NCBI GenBank assembly: GCA_937925475.1
Contig: CALEWH010000022.1
Location: 82,835-146,834 of the forward strand
DNA length: 64,000 nt
Reading direction: 5' to 3'
Source: an uncultured Clostridia bacterium
Lineage (GTDB): Bacteria; Bacillota; Clostridia; Christensenellales; UBA1242
The position numbers and the translations under genes were made by a program. Below, in pieces: positions 7,949 to 16,389 of the stretch. The notes under the pieces are model-generated. The model was not told the DNA's origin. It saw only the letters and a program-made list of their open reading frames with translations, and made no database searches. Every line of letters starts with the position of its first letter. Within the stretch, counting starts at the first letter, position 1.

Positions 7949-8992
7949 TTAAAAATGAAGTTTGTGTCTAAGCTCGCCCATTTTTTCAGTTGTGCAGTAG
8001 CCTGCTGGGGCTTTTAGTACATCTGGAAGTCTATTGACGATACTTGCGCAAGTCATTTCTACTGTCGATGGTCTATTGATTACAACAGTTGTGTTTGGCT
8101 CGCCTTCTACTGTCCACTCGTTTTGGTCAAACTCGTCTGGTCCATACACCTTACCTATGCACTCACTTTCAATAATGATGCCTTCTTTGGTTTCGGTAGT
8201 AACAACAGCACTCATTCCAGTAGCATATCCTTTTGGAATAACCATATTTAGAGTGTCAGATTTAAGGTCTTTTTTGTAAGTTTGTGGAATACATTTTTGA
8301 GTTTGGCGTTTGACAGTAAGTCCTAGTGCTGAGCATAGCCAGCCATTAACATTCCACATATATGAAGGCAAAAACTCGCCTTTTTCTATCATTTTCTTTC
8401 TTACAGCATCGGTCACATTATCTGCTGACGCAATGTCTTTTTCAAAGTCTTTAAGGCTTAGGCCTGCGCCATGAACTTGGGCAAGTGCAATGCCATAGTC
8501 TTCGACATTATAACTGCTTTTGCCATGGATTTTCTTAATAGATTGAGTAGTTCCACACAAAGATGTGATTAGGCTACCCCACGAAACATCTTGATAACCC
8601 GAACCGCATAGTGTGCATTTGTGTTTTTTTGCAAGCTCGTCAAGTTCTTTTGTAGGAAGATACGAGTTCCAAGGATAAAATGCTTCTTCGCAAGTCGAGA
8701 TAGCATTTACGCCGTTTTTTGCACAAATAGTAAATGCATCGTGCAACTCCTTCATAAGACTGCGTGTAGTGATAATAGCAATGTCAGGTTTGATGCGTTT
8801 TAGTGATGCGTCAAGGTCGTTTACATTTTCGATTATGACCCCGCGTTTTTTACCGCCCATAACAACGCTAATGTCCTTTCCTACCAACTTTGGATTGACA
8901 TCATATGCACCTACAATTTCGCCACCTTTTTCGAAAACATAGCGCATTGTGTACACTGCCATCTTTCCACAACCAATTTGTACAACTTTCAT
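7949..8992 (-). CDS. DapB-N-like NAD(P)-dependent dehydrogenase (amine dehydrogenase / 2,4-diaminopentanoate dehydrogenase-like family)
   Basis: The N-terminal Rossmann motif is MKVVQIGCGKMAVYT. The C-terminal TCASIVNRLPDVLKAPAGYCTTEKMG resembles the NxIPxVxxAxPG tail of that family. This is from memory; the substrate is unknown. Confidence 0.5.
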   Translation of the reverse strand: MKVVQIGCGKMAVYTMRYVFEKGGEIVGAYDVNPKLVGKDISVVMGGKKRGVIIENVNDLDASLKRIKPDIAIITTRSLMKELHDAFTICAKNGVNAISTCEEAFYPWNSYLPTKELDELAKKHKCTLCGSGYQDVSWGSLITSLCGTTQSIKKIHGKSSYNVEDYGIALAQVHGAGLSLKDFEKDIASADNVTDAVRKKMIEKGEFLPSYMWNVNGWLCSALGLTVKRQTQKCIPQTYKKDLKSDTLNMVIPKGYATGMSAVVTTETKEGIIIESECIGKVYGPDEFDQNEWTVEGEPNTTVVINRPSTVEMTCASIVNRLPDVLKAPAGYCTTEKMGELRHKLHF

Positions 8993-9069
8993 ATTTTTTT
9001 CTCCTTTTCATTTTTTTATTACAAACTGTCTTTGACAGATTATAACCAATATAACAATTTTGATTACAA

Positions 9070-9414
9070 CTAATATTCGACTTTATAACTTGTAACCACA
9101 ACATCAGCCGGTGTCCCTAAGACATTTTTTATTAGAACATCGCCAATGTTTGCCGACTCGACACGCAAGTCGTTTATCTCTTTCATCACATGAAAAATCA
9201 TTTCTTTTGGGACAGGAAGAGTGGTTTTGACCGACAAAACTCCGCTGTTTTTGGTCTTCAAGATTGCGGTCACAACTCGCTCTGGATGGTCGATTTCTTG
9301 AATGGCGTAGGTTTCTCCACGCTTGCAGTTGTTTCCGCCAACAAGATATTTGTCGCCATCTTTTGTTATCTCTATCTCACAACCCATTGGACACATAATG
9401 CATGTTAGTTTCAT
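9070..9414 (-). CDS. DUF1667-domain protein (small Cys-rich subunit of the clostridial three-gene glycerol-3-phosphate oxidoreductase set)
   Basis: MKLTCIMCPMGCEIEI...GGNNCKRGETYA is typical of DUF1667. Its start overlaps the upstream gene by 4 nt. Confidence 0.7.
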   Translation of the reverse strand: MKLTCIMCPMGCEIEITKDGDKYLVGGNNCKRGETYAIQEIDHPERVVTAILKTKNSGVLSVKTTLPVPKEMIFHVMKEINDLRVESANIGDVLIKNVLGTPADVVVTSYKVEY

Positions 9415-10643
9415 ATGCTCTCCACCTCCAATACACAGTCACCTTTCACTAGGTTTTTGTCAATTTCCCACATCTGCATTTCTCCTGGAAAACCCGCCAA
9501 AACAAACTTTCTTGCGATTATTTCGTCACCCATTTTTAGTATCAAATTTCGCCTTACAATTTTGCTTTTCAATCTAAATTTGAGTGTGGCTTTGCCTTTG
9601 CCCGATGTTATAGTGTTGGGCAAAACATATCCTATTTGGTCGCCAGCACAAAGATTGTATTTAGTGCGTGAGCGCAGTTTTTCTTTTACATAGTCAGATG
9701 CATTTTTACCTGTGTCATATGCTTCCAGAGTTACATTGTCGACAAGGTCATGTACATGTAAAAAGTTTCCGCAAGCAAACACGCCATCTTCATTGGTTTG
9801 CATATGGTCGTCTACAAAAGTGCTTTTTGTCGCACGATTAAAAGGCAAATATTCGACCAAATCACGCTCAGGAACAAGCCCGACAGATAGTATCAATGCG
9901 TCACATGGCAAAAATTTTCGTGTACTTTCTATCTTGTTGTACTTTTCATCAACTTGACCATAAAACACGCCTTCGACCCTATCGCGTCCCACAACATCAA
10001 ATATTGTTGTGTGAAGCATAAGCGGAATGTTGTAGTCGTCAAGGCACTGAGTAATGTTTCGCCTTAGCCCGCTAGGAGTCGGATTTATTTCCATAACCGC
10101 ATGCACTTTTGCACCTTGCAAAGTAAGTCTTCGTGCCATTATCAGTCCGATATCGCCACTACCCAAAATGACCACATTTTTGCCCGGCAACTTGCCATAT
10201 ATGTTTACAAGTTTTTGGGCGCAACCTGCTGTAAGGACACCTACTGGGCGCGAACCTGTAAGCATAATGTTGGCAGGAGTACGCTCTCTACAACCCATTG
10301 CAAGAACAAGCGCTTTGCATTCTATTTTTTGTATTCCGTTTTCGTTTGTAATAGTTACTGTTTTGCCTTCAATTTTTGTAACAAAAGTGTTTAGCAAAAC
10401 CTTTATCTTTTTATTTGATTCGACCTTTTGTCTAAACTTATATGCGTACTCTGGACCTGTATATTCTTCGCCAAAATAATGCAGTCCAAATCCATTGTGG
10501 ATACATTGTCTAAGTATCCCACCTAAAAAAGGGTTGCGCTCGACGATTATGCACTTTGTTCCGTTTTCAGCACATCCAAGTGCCGCGCCCATTCCGGCTG
10601 GGCCACCGCCGATAATCAAAACATCAGTTTTCACTATCCACAC
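9411..10643 (-). CDS. NAD(P)/FAD-dependent pyridine-nucleotide-disulfide-type oxidoreductase (middle subunit of the trio)
   Basis: Two Rossmann motifs are present: VLIIGGGPAGMGAALGCAENG and VVILGSGDIGLIMARRL. It overlaps both neighbours. Confidence 0.8.
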   Translation of the reverse strand: MWIVKTDVLIIGGGPAGMGAALGCAENGTKCIIVERNPFLGGILRQCIHNGFGLHYFGEEYTGPEYAYKFRQKVESNKKIKVLLNTFVTKIEGKTVTITNENGIQKIECKALVLAMGCRERTPANIMLTGSRPVGVLTAGCAQKLVNIYGKLPGKNVVILGSGDIGLIMARRLTLQGAKVHAVMEINPTPSGLRRNITQCLDDYNIPLMLHTTIFDVVGRDRVEGVFYGQVDEKYNKIESTRKFLPCDALILSVGLVPERDLVEYLPFNRATKSTFVDDHMQTNEDGVFACGNFLHVHDLVDNVTLEAYDTGKNASDYVKEKLRSRTKYNLCAGDQIGYVLPNTITSGKGKATLKFRLKSKIVRRNLILKMGDEIIARKFVLAGFPGEMQMWEIDKNLVKGDCVLEVESI

Positions 10644-12060
10644 CCCCTTTCACATCTTCAACAACCCACCTGCTGTCGCCGTTTTCTTTGCGAATGTCGT
10701 CAAAGTCACAGTGGTTTTCGCGGGCAAGGATTTTGATAACTCTATCTAGGCAAAAACTGCCTTGACATCTTCCCATTCCTGCCCTTATTCGACGCTTTAT
10801 ACCGTCAGTTGTTGTAGGTCTTATTGGTCGGTCGATAGCATCCACTATCTCACCTTCGCTAATGCTCTCGCACTTACAAACTATCTTGCCATAACTTGGA
10901 TTTTGTTTGATTAGTGCCTTGACCTTACTTTCGGGCAAGTCCTTCAACATTTGATATGGTCGGATTTTCACATTGTGCAAGTCGGGATTGTATTTTAGTT
11001 TTAACAAATCCCCAACAACATATTTTGCAATCGCTGGTGCTGAGCTTAGCCCTGGCGAACATATCCCAGCAAGATTAACAATGTTTGGATTTTTTTTGCT
11101 GACTTCTATCACAAAATCATCTCCCACTACACTTCGCACTCCGGCAAATGTACGGATTGTTTTTGATAAGTCAACATTTTTTAGTAGAGTTTTGCTTTTC
11201 TCTTTAATCGAACTTAGTCCCGCATCAGTCGTGATTGTTGTGTCGTCACTTAGATACGAAGTTGGCCCTACAAGAATGTTTCCGTCCACAGTAGGAGTGA
11301 CTAGTATGCCTTTTGAGTGTTTGTCTGGCAGTGGAAATATTGTGCTATTTACTATTCCCGCTTCACTATGGTCAAGTACATAGTATTCGCCACGCTTGTA
11401 TTCGATTTTGTATTTTTCAGTGCCTAGGATTTTTGCCATTTCATTGTAGGCATATCCGCACGCATTTACAAGTTTTTTCGCCATAATAACTTTTCGGCCA
11501 TTTGAGATTATGAAATATCCGCTTGCCTTAGTTACTTTTTTAGTGTCCCAATTAAGCACAACTTCGCCACCATTGACCACACCTTCTTCTGCAAGTGCGA
11601 TAGTAAGCAGATATGGATTGACGATATATGAGTCGGGTGCAAATAGTCCACACATAACATCATCTGCTATATTTGGGATACGCTTTTTAAGGTCGTTTAC
11701 ACCTAAAAACTCCAAGTTTGAAATGCCATTTGCTCTGCCCCTTAAAAGCAAAGTTTTTACAGACTCAATGTCGCTTCCCACAACATATGCGCCTATTTTT
11801 TTAAGCGGAACTCCAACTCGCTCGCAAATTGACGGAAACATTTTGTTTCCTTCTATATTAAAACGCGCTTTCTTTGTGCCAGTGACCGCATCAAAACCCG
11901 CATGCACTATGCCCGAGTTTGCCTTGCTTGTGCCAGTGGCAACATCGCTGTTTTTCTCAATAAGTATCGGTTTGTAGCCACTTTTAGCAAGTGCGTTGAA
12001 AATGCTAGATCCCACAACACCACCGCCAAAAACGGCAACATCATATATTTTTTCCTTCAT
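10624..12060 (-). CDS. FAD-dependent oxidoreductase, GlpA/GlpD-like (glycerol-3-phosphate dehydrogenase type) with a BFD-like [2Fe-2S] C-terminus
   Basis: Motifs seen: DVAVFGGGVVGSSIFNAL...TSKANSGIVHAG, and the C-terminal CKCESISEGEIVDAI...GMGRCQGSFC. It is divergent from glpK. Confidence 0.8.
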   Translation of the reverse strand: MKEKIYDVAVFGGGVVGSSIFNALAKSGYKPILIEKNSDVATGTSKANSGIVHAGFDAVTGTKKARFNIEGNKMFPSICERVGVPLKKIGAYVVGSDIESVKTLLLRGRANGISNLEFLGVNDLKKRIPNIADDVMCGLFAPDSYIVNPYLLTIALAEEGVVNGGEVVLNWDTKKVTKASGYFIISNGRKVIMAKKLVNACGYAYNEMAKILGTEKYKIEYKRGEYYVLDHSEAGIVNSTIFPLPDKHSKGILVTPTVDGNILVGPTSYLSDDTTITTDAGLSSIKEKSKTLLKNVDLSKTIRTFAGVRSVVGDDFVIEVSKKNPNIVNLAGICSPGLSSAPAIAKYVVGDLLKLKYNPDLHNVKIRPYQMLKDLPESKVKALIKQNPSYGKIVCKCESISEGEIVDAIDRPIRPTTTDGIKRRIRAGMGRCQGSFCLDRVIKILARENHCDFDDIRKENGDSRWVVEDVKGGVDSEN

Positions 12061-12187
12061 TCATTCCTTCCCTTTTCTAAAATTATATTTATAATTTTAA
12101 TAAGTGTCAAATGTAAAATTATTATGTGCAATAAAAAGTTGTTTAGAAGCAAAATTTTGTGATATCATATAAAAAATGGAGGAACAT

Positions 12188-13645
12188 ATGTCACGATATA
12201 TCATAGGCCTTGACGAAGGCACAACTAGCGCAAGAAGTGTTGTGTATGACACAAAAACCAACAGCATTGTACTCACTGAGAAAAAGACATTTCCACAATA
12301 TTTTCCGCATCCAGGTTGGGTCGAGCAAAACGCCCAAGAACTTGTCAATGCCCAACTTTACACACTGAAAGCCGTACTCAAAAATATTGATCCGCGTGAT
12401 GTTGTGGGAATCGGGATCACCAATCAACGCGAAACAGTTATCGCTTGGGATAGTGCGACCGGCAAACCTATATACAATGCCATTGTTTGGCAATGTCGTC
12501 GCACCGCCGATTATATCGATAGCCTTAGCAAAGCCAAAAAGGCTCTAATTAAAGAAAAAACAGGGCTTATCCCTGACGCATATTTTAGTGCAAGTAAAAT
12601 GAAATGGATACTTGACAATGTCCCCGTCTCACGCCAACTTTTAAAAGAAGGTCGTCTAAGATTTGGAAATGTAAACACATATCTTGCATATGTTCTTACA
12701 GGCGAATTTGTGACCGACCCTACAAACGCATCACGCACAATGCTATATAATATCAAGACTCTCGACTGGGACGACCAACTACTCAAACTTTTCGGGATTG
12801 ACCGAAGCACCCTTCCAAAAATAGTAAACTGCGACGCCATTATCGGAAAGTGCAAAGACTTTGGCGACATATTGTTGTGTGGAATGATCGGCGACCAACA
12901 AAGCAGTCTTTTCGGACAAAGTTGTGTAAACGCAGGAATGGCAAAATCCACTTATGGCACAGGCAGTTTTTTACTGATCAACACTGGTACAAAACTCTAT
13001 GACAGTGACAAACTCCTAAACACTGTCGCATACAAAATAAAAGGACACATGTGCTATGCCATTGAAGGTAGCATTTACAGCGCATGCAATGTTATTGAGT
13101 GGTTGAAAAACAATTTGGGACTAATAGACTCACCAAAAGATATGGACAAGCTCTGCTACTCCATTCCAGACAACGAAGGAGTGTATCTAGTCCCAGCGTT
13201 CACTGGACTCGGTGCTCCATACTGGAACAGCAACGCCAAGTGTATGCTCACAGGAATGACCCTTGGCTCAACAAAAGCACATGTCGCACGAAGTGTTTTG
13301 GAAAGCATAGCCTACAACACTCGCTCGATTATTGAAGTTTTGCCAGAGAGCGTGCGCGTAAAAGAACTCAGAGTAGACGGTGGCGGAAGCAAAAACACAT
13401 TTTTATTACAATATCAATCTGACATAATAAGAAAAAAGGTTGTGAAAGGACTTAGCAGTGAAGCGACTGCTATGGGCGCAATATATATGGTTGGACTTGC
13501 AAGTGGTCTATACACACTAGACGACATAAAAAATATGTATAAAGTAGATGCAATATATGAGCCAAAACTAAAACCTACGCTAACCGACAAATACTACAAT
13601 GAGTGGCAAAACAATGTCAAAAATAGTTTGAGATTTGATAAATAG
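12188..13645 (+). CDS. glpK: Glycerol kinase
   Basis: Motifs seen: MSRYIIGLDEGTTSARSVVYD, NQRETVIAWD, GDQQSSLFGQ. I moved the start to the ATG at 12188, which has a GGAGG SD 5 nt upstream. Confidence 0.95.
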   Translation: MSRYIIGLDEGTTSARSVVYDTKTNSIVLTEKKTFPQYFPHPGWVEQNAQELVNAQLYTLKAVLKNIDPRDVVGIGITNQRETVIAWDSATGKPIYNAIVWQCRRTADYIDSLSKAKKALIKEKTGLIPDAYFSASKMKWILDNVPVSRQLLKEGRLRFGNVNTYLAYVLTGEFVTDPTNASRTMLYNIKTLDWDDQLLKLFGIDRSTLPKIVNCDAIIGKCKDFGDILLCGMIGDQQSSLFGQSCVNAGMAKSTYGTGSFLLINTGTKLYDSDKLLNTVAYKIKGHMCYAIEGSIYSACNVIEWLKNNLGLIDSPKDMDKLCYSIPDNEGVYLVPAFTGLGAPYWNSNAKCMLTGMTLGSTKAHVARSVLESIAYNTRSIIEVLPESVRVKELRVDGGGSKNTFLLQYQSDIIRKKVVKGLSSEATAMGAIYMVGLASGLYTLDDIKNMYKVDAIYEPKLKPTLTDKYYNEWQNNVKNSLRFDK

Positions 13646-13654
13646 GAGAGAAAA

Positions 13655-14539
13655 ATGGAAACAGTAGAAATTAAAATGCCAGACGAAACTCTGCGCGAAC
13701 TTTATGTATCAGATAAAATTTCCGACCCCAAAGGTGTCATTTTAATAATACATGGAATGCAAGAACACGCTATGCGTTATACACATGTCATAAAGGCATT
13801 TAATGACAATAACTATATAGTTTTTGCCTACAACCAACGGGGTCATGGACAAAAAGCCTTAGAAAGTCACACAATGGGACAAGGAAATAAAGACATTTTT
13901 GAAGAATGTGTACTTGATGCTCAATGTATTTGTAAATACATCAAATCAGTATATCCCGATCTTCCTTTGTATGTTTATGGACACTCCTTTGGTAGTTTTG
14001 TTACACAAAGGCTTATGCAAATTTGCGATATTCCTGCAAAGTGGGTTTTGTCCGGCACAACCTGTGGTGATGCAATGTTGTACAAACTTGCGTATGTAGT
14101 AGCAAAACTATCTGCCATAAAAGGAAAACAAAAGCCCGCGACTCTAATTGAAAAGATGTCATTTGACTCGTATAAAAAACATTTTCCAGATAAAAGTTGG
14201 TTGTCACGCGACCCTAATGTGCAAAAAAGATTTGACGAAGACGAGTTGTGTGGAGTGCCATTTCCAGTTAGTTTTTATATTAGCCTTTTCTCACATCTTA
14301 AAAAACTTAACAAGGGCATAAAAAATATAAAGAAAAACACAAAAGTTTTGCTTATAGCGGGCACTGATGACCCAGTAGGAAATTATGCAAAAGGACCAAG
14401 CAAACTTCATTCATTGTATTTGAAAGCAGGATTGGATTCGCACTTAAAACTATATGATAAAGGTCGACACGAACTTCACAACGAACTAAATCGCCAAGAA
14501 GTCCTAAACGATGTAATCGACTTTTACAATTTGAAATAA
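13655..14539 (+). CDS. Alpha/beta hydrolase, lysophospholipase / monoacylglycerol-lipase-like
   Basis: Motifs seen: IIHGMQEHAMRY and the nucleophile elbow GHSFGS. It starts 9 nt after glpK. Confidence 0.7.
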   Translation: METVEIKMPDETLRELYVSDKISDPKGVILIIHGMQEHAMRYTHVIKAFNDNNYIVFAYNQRGHGQKALESHTMGQGNKDIFEECVLDAQCICKYIKSVYPDLPLYVYGHSFGSFVTQRLMQICDIPAKWVLSGTTCGDAMLYKLAYVVAKLSAIKGKQKPATLIEKMSFDSYKKHFPDKSWLSRDPNVQKRFDEDELCGVPFPVSFYISLFSHLKKLNKGIKNIKKNTKVLLIAGTDDPVGNYAKGPSKLHSLYLKAGLDSHLKLYDKGRHELHNELNRQEVLNDVIDFYNLK

Positions 14540-14590
14540 ATATTCAAATAAAAAATTTCAAATATAAACATAAATGAAAATATTGATAAT

Positions 14591-14672
14591 AAAAAAAGGG
14601 CTAAGCCCTTTTTTATTTTTCCATATCGTTTTGCATATTTCCTTTGATCGAACGACTTATTTTTTTCCAAAT
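14591..14672. repeat. Direct repeat copy A: duplicated comFC 3' end (last ~18 codons) plus terminator hairpin
   Basis: AAAAAAAGGGCTAAGCCCTTTTTTATTTTTCCATATCGTTTTGCATATTTCCTTTGATCGAACGACTTATTTTTTTCCAAAT matches 15553-15634 with about 3 mismatches. On the minus strand it would read ...IWKKISRSIKGNMQNDMEK*, against the real ComFC end ...VWQKISRSIKGNMQNDMEK*. It includes the AAAAGGGCT/AGCCCTTTT hairpin, which serves as the terminator for glpK-lipase. Confidence 0.85.
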
Positions 14673-14691
14673 ATAAAAGTATAAGCATCAA

Positions 14692-14988
14692 ATTATTTTA
14701 TGTGAAAGAGACATAAGATCGTTTGACAATACAACCAGAAATGTACTAGACTTACAATGAGTAGTGGTGGCAAAAAGTTTATGTGGATTGCCAGTTATTG
14801 TTGACCCTTCCCATTCTGGAGAAATGAGAGAACTGGTAAAACCTATGAGTTTAGCATCAATAACTTGTGGAGCTGATAGCTTAATTATTGAAGCTTACTT
14901 AGCTCCAGAAAATAGTTTATCTGATTCTAAACAAACAATTAATATATCTAAATTACAACAAATATTAAATAGTATAAAGGAATACAAA
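14692..14988 (+). pseudogene. 5'-truncated class I-beta DAHP synthase (aroF/aroG-type) remnant with an in-frame TGA
   Basis: The frame reads [80 protein letters not shown]. The LCERGIRTF...LPVIVDPSH...EVH-P...ALSD pattern marks DAHP/KDO8P synthase C-termini. The TGA is at 14758-14760. No N-terminal two thirds of the gene is present. Confidence 0.7.
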
Positions 14989-15492
14989 ATGTCAATACGT
15001 GAAAAAAGAGACTTGTATGACAAAAACAGCAATTTGACTGGTACAACATACTTCAAAGGAGATCCTATACCCGAAGGATACTATCCCATGGTTGTGATGA
15101 TTGCAATTCAGAATTCCGAAGGTAAATTTTTAATGCAAAAAAGAGTTCCTAGAAAAGGTGGCGACTGGGGCGTAACAGGTGGGCACCCTAAATCTGGAGA
15201 AACAACTGACCAAGGAATAATAACAGAAGTAATGGAAGAACTTGGAGTGGATATATCAAATCAAAAACTAGAAACTTTTTGCTCTGGTTGTGATGGAAAA
15301 GACTGTTATAAAATGTATTACACTAAGTTAGATTTAGATATTGAACAACTTCATATTCAAGAAGATGAATTGACAGAAGTAAAATGGTTTTCCATGGATG
15401 AATTGCAAGAAATGGTAAATAATAATGAGTTAAATCAAGATCAAGTTGACTTTTTTGTAAAATGCACAAATTATTTAAATAACAAAAAATAA
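14989..15492 (+). CDS. NUDIX hydrolase (167 aa)
   Basis: The Nudix box is GGHPKSGETTDQGIITEVMEELGV (G-x5-E-x7-[R->T]E-V-x-EE-x-G-V). I placed the start at the ATG at 14989, with an AAGGA SD 8 nt upstream. The track ORF 14764..15492 is an in-frame read-through from the aroF remnant. Confidence 0.7.
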   Translation: MSIREKRDLYDKNSNLTGTTYFKGDPIPEGYYPMVVMIAIQNSEGKFLMQKRVPRKGGDWGVTGGHPKSGETTDQGIITEVMEELGVDISNQKLETFCSGCDGKDCYKMYYTKLDLDIEQLHIQEDELTEVKWFSMDELQEMVNNNELNQDQVDFFVKCTNYLNNKK

Positions 15493-15552
15493 AACTTATT
15501 ATAATTTGAAGTGAACCCCAAATTTTGTGCAAACTTCATTTTGGCATTATTA

Positions 15553-15634
15553 AAAAAAAGGGCTAAGCCCTTTTTTATTTTTCCATATCGTTTTGCATAT
15601 TTCCTTTAATCGAACGACTTATTTTTTGCCAAAC
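15553..15634. repeat. Direct repeat copy B: the authentic comFC 3' end plus a bidirectional terminator
   Basis: See copy A. The hairpin AAAAGGGCT/AGCCCTTTT lies at about 15556-15574. Confidence 0.85.
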
Positions 15635-16387
15635 ATTAAGTCGTTTTTTCACATTGTCATCATCGCCACGATTTTTATCGGCTCGTGCCAGCGTGATACA
15701 ATACACTTCTTTTGCACCCGCTTTGAGCAGAGTCTCAGTGCACTCGTTTAGAGTTGTGCCCGTTGTGTACACATCGTCGACGATAAGCACTGTTTTGCCT
15801 TTCACTTCGGCTTTATCACTTACTGCAAATGCACCATCCAAGTTCTTTTCTCTTTCGTCTTTGCTAAGATATGCTTGTGAAGATGTTTCTTTTACTTTTA
15901 CAAGCAAATCACTTTTCACATTAAGGTGTAATTTGTCTTTCAAGACGACGCATAATAGTTCGGCTTGATTGTATCCCCTGATCTTGCGCCTATGTTCGCT
16001 AATAGGAACTGGCACAACAAGGTCAACATCAATCGCCATATTCACAAATTCGGACGCAACAAAACTACTCAGTGTATCGGACAGATACTTTTTGTTGTCG
16101 TATTTTAAACTTCTAATAAGATTTCGGATAGGGTCACGATAGATAAAAACACTTCGACACATCTTAAAGCGTGGCATTTCATTTTTGCAGTGCACGCAAT
16201 AACTGCCATCGCTCACTATCGGCTCACCACATTTGACACAAACCTTTCCACTTATGAAAGGCAAAGATTTCATACACTTATCACATATCGAATAGTGAGT
16301 ATTTGTCGACAGTTCGGAGTTGCAGATTATACACTTTATGTTTTTAGGGTACAAAACATTAATAAACTCTTTAATATCCATAATCAC
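15575..16387 (-). CDS. comFC: ComF family protein (ComFC-like phosphoribosyltransferase-domain competence protein)
   Basis: N-terminal CxxC zinc-finger pairs (CIICNS, CDKC, CVKCGE, CVHC) and the PRTase motif VLIVDDVYTTGTTL. Confidence 0.8.
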   Translation of the reverse strand: MIMDIKEFINVLYPKNIKCIICNSELSTNTHYSICDKCMKSLPFISGKVCVKCGEPIVSDGSYCVHCKNEMPRFKMCRSVFIYRDPIRNLIRSLKYDNKKYLSDTLSSFVASEFVNMAIDVDLVVPVPISEHRRKIRGYNQAELLCVVLKDKLHLNVKSDLLVKVKETSSQAYLSKDEREKNLDGAFAVSDKAEVKGKTVLIVDDVYTTGTTLNECTETLLKAGAKEVYCITLARADKNRGDDDNVKKRLNVWQKISRSIKGNMQNDMEK

Positions 16388-16389
16388 CC

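Noticed and set aside
8901-9104. A 67-aa ORF bridging the 7949..8992 gene and the DUF1667 gene, and similar bridging ORFs such as 12097..12348 and 15323..15532.
   Set aside because: They overlap the ends of well-supported genes or lie in promoter and terminator DNA. They have no SD and no motif.
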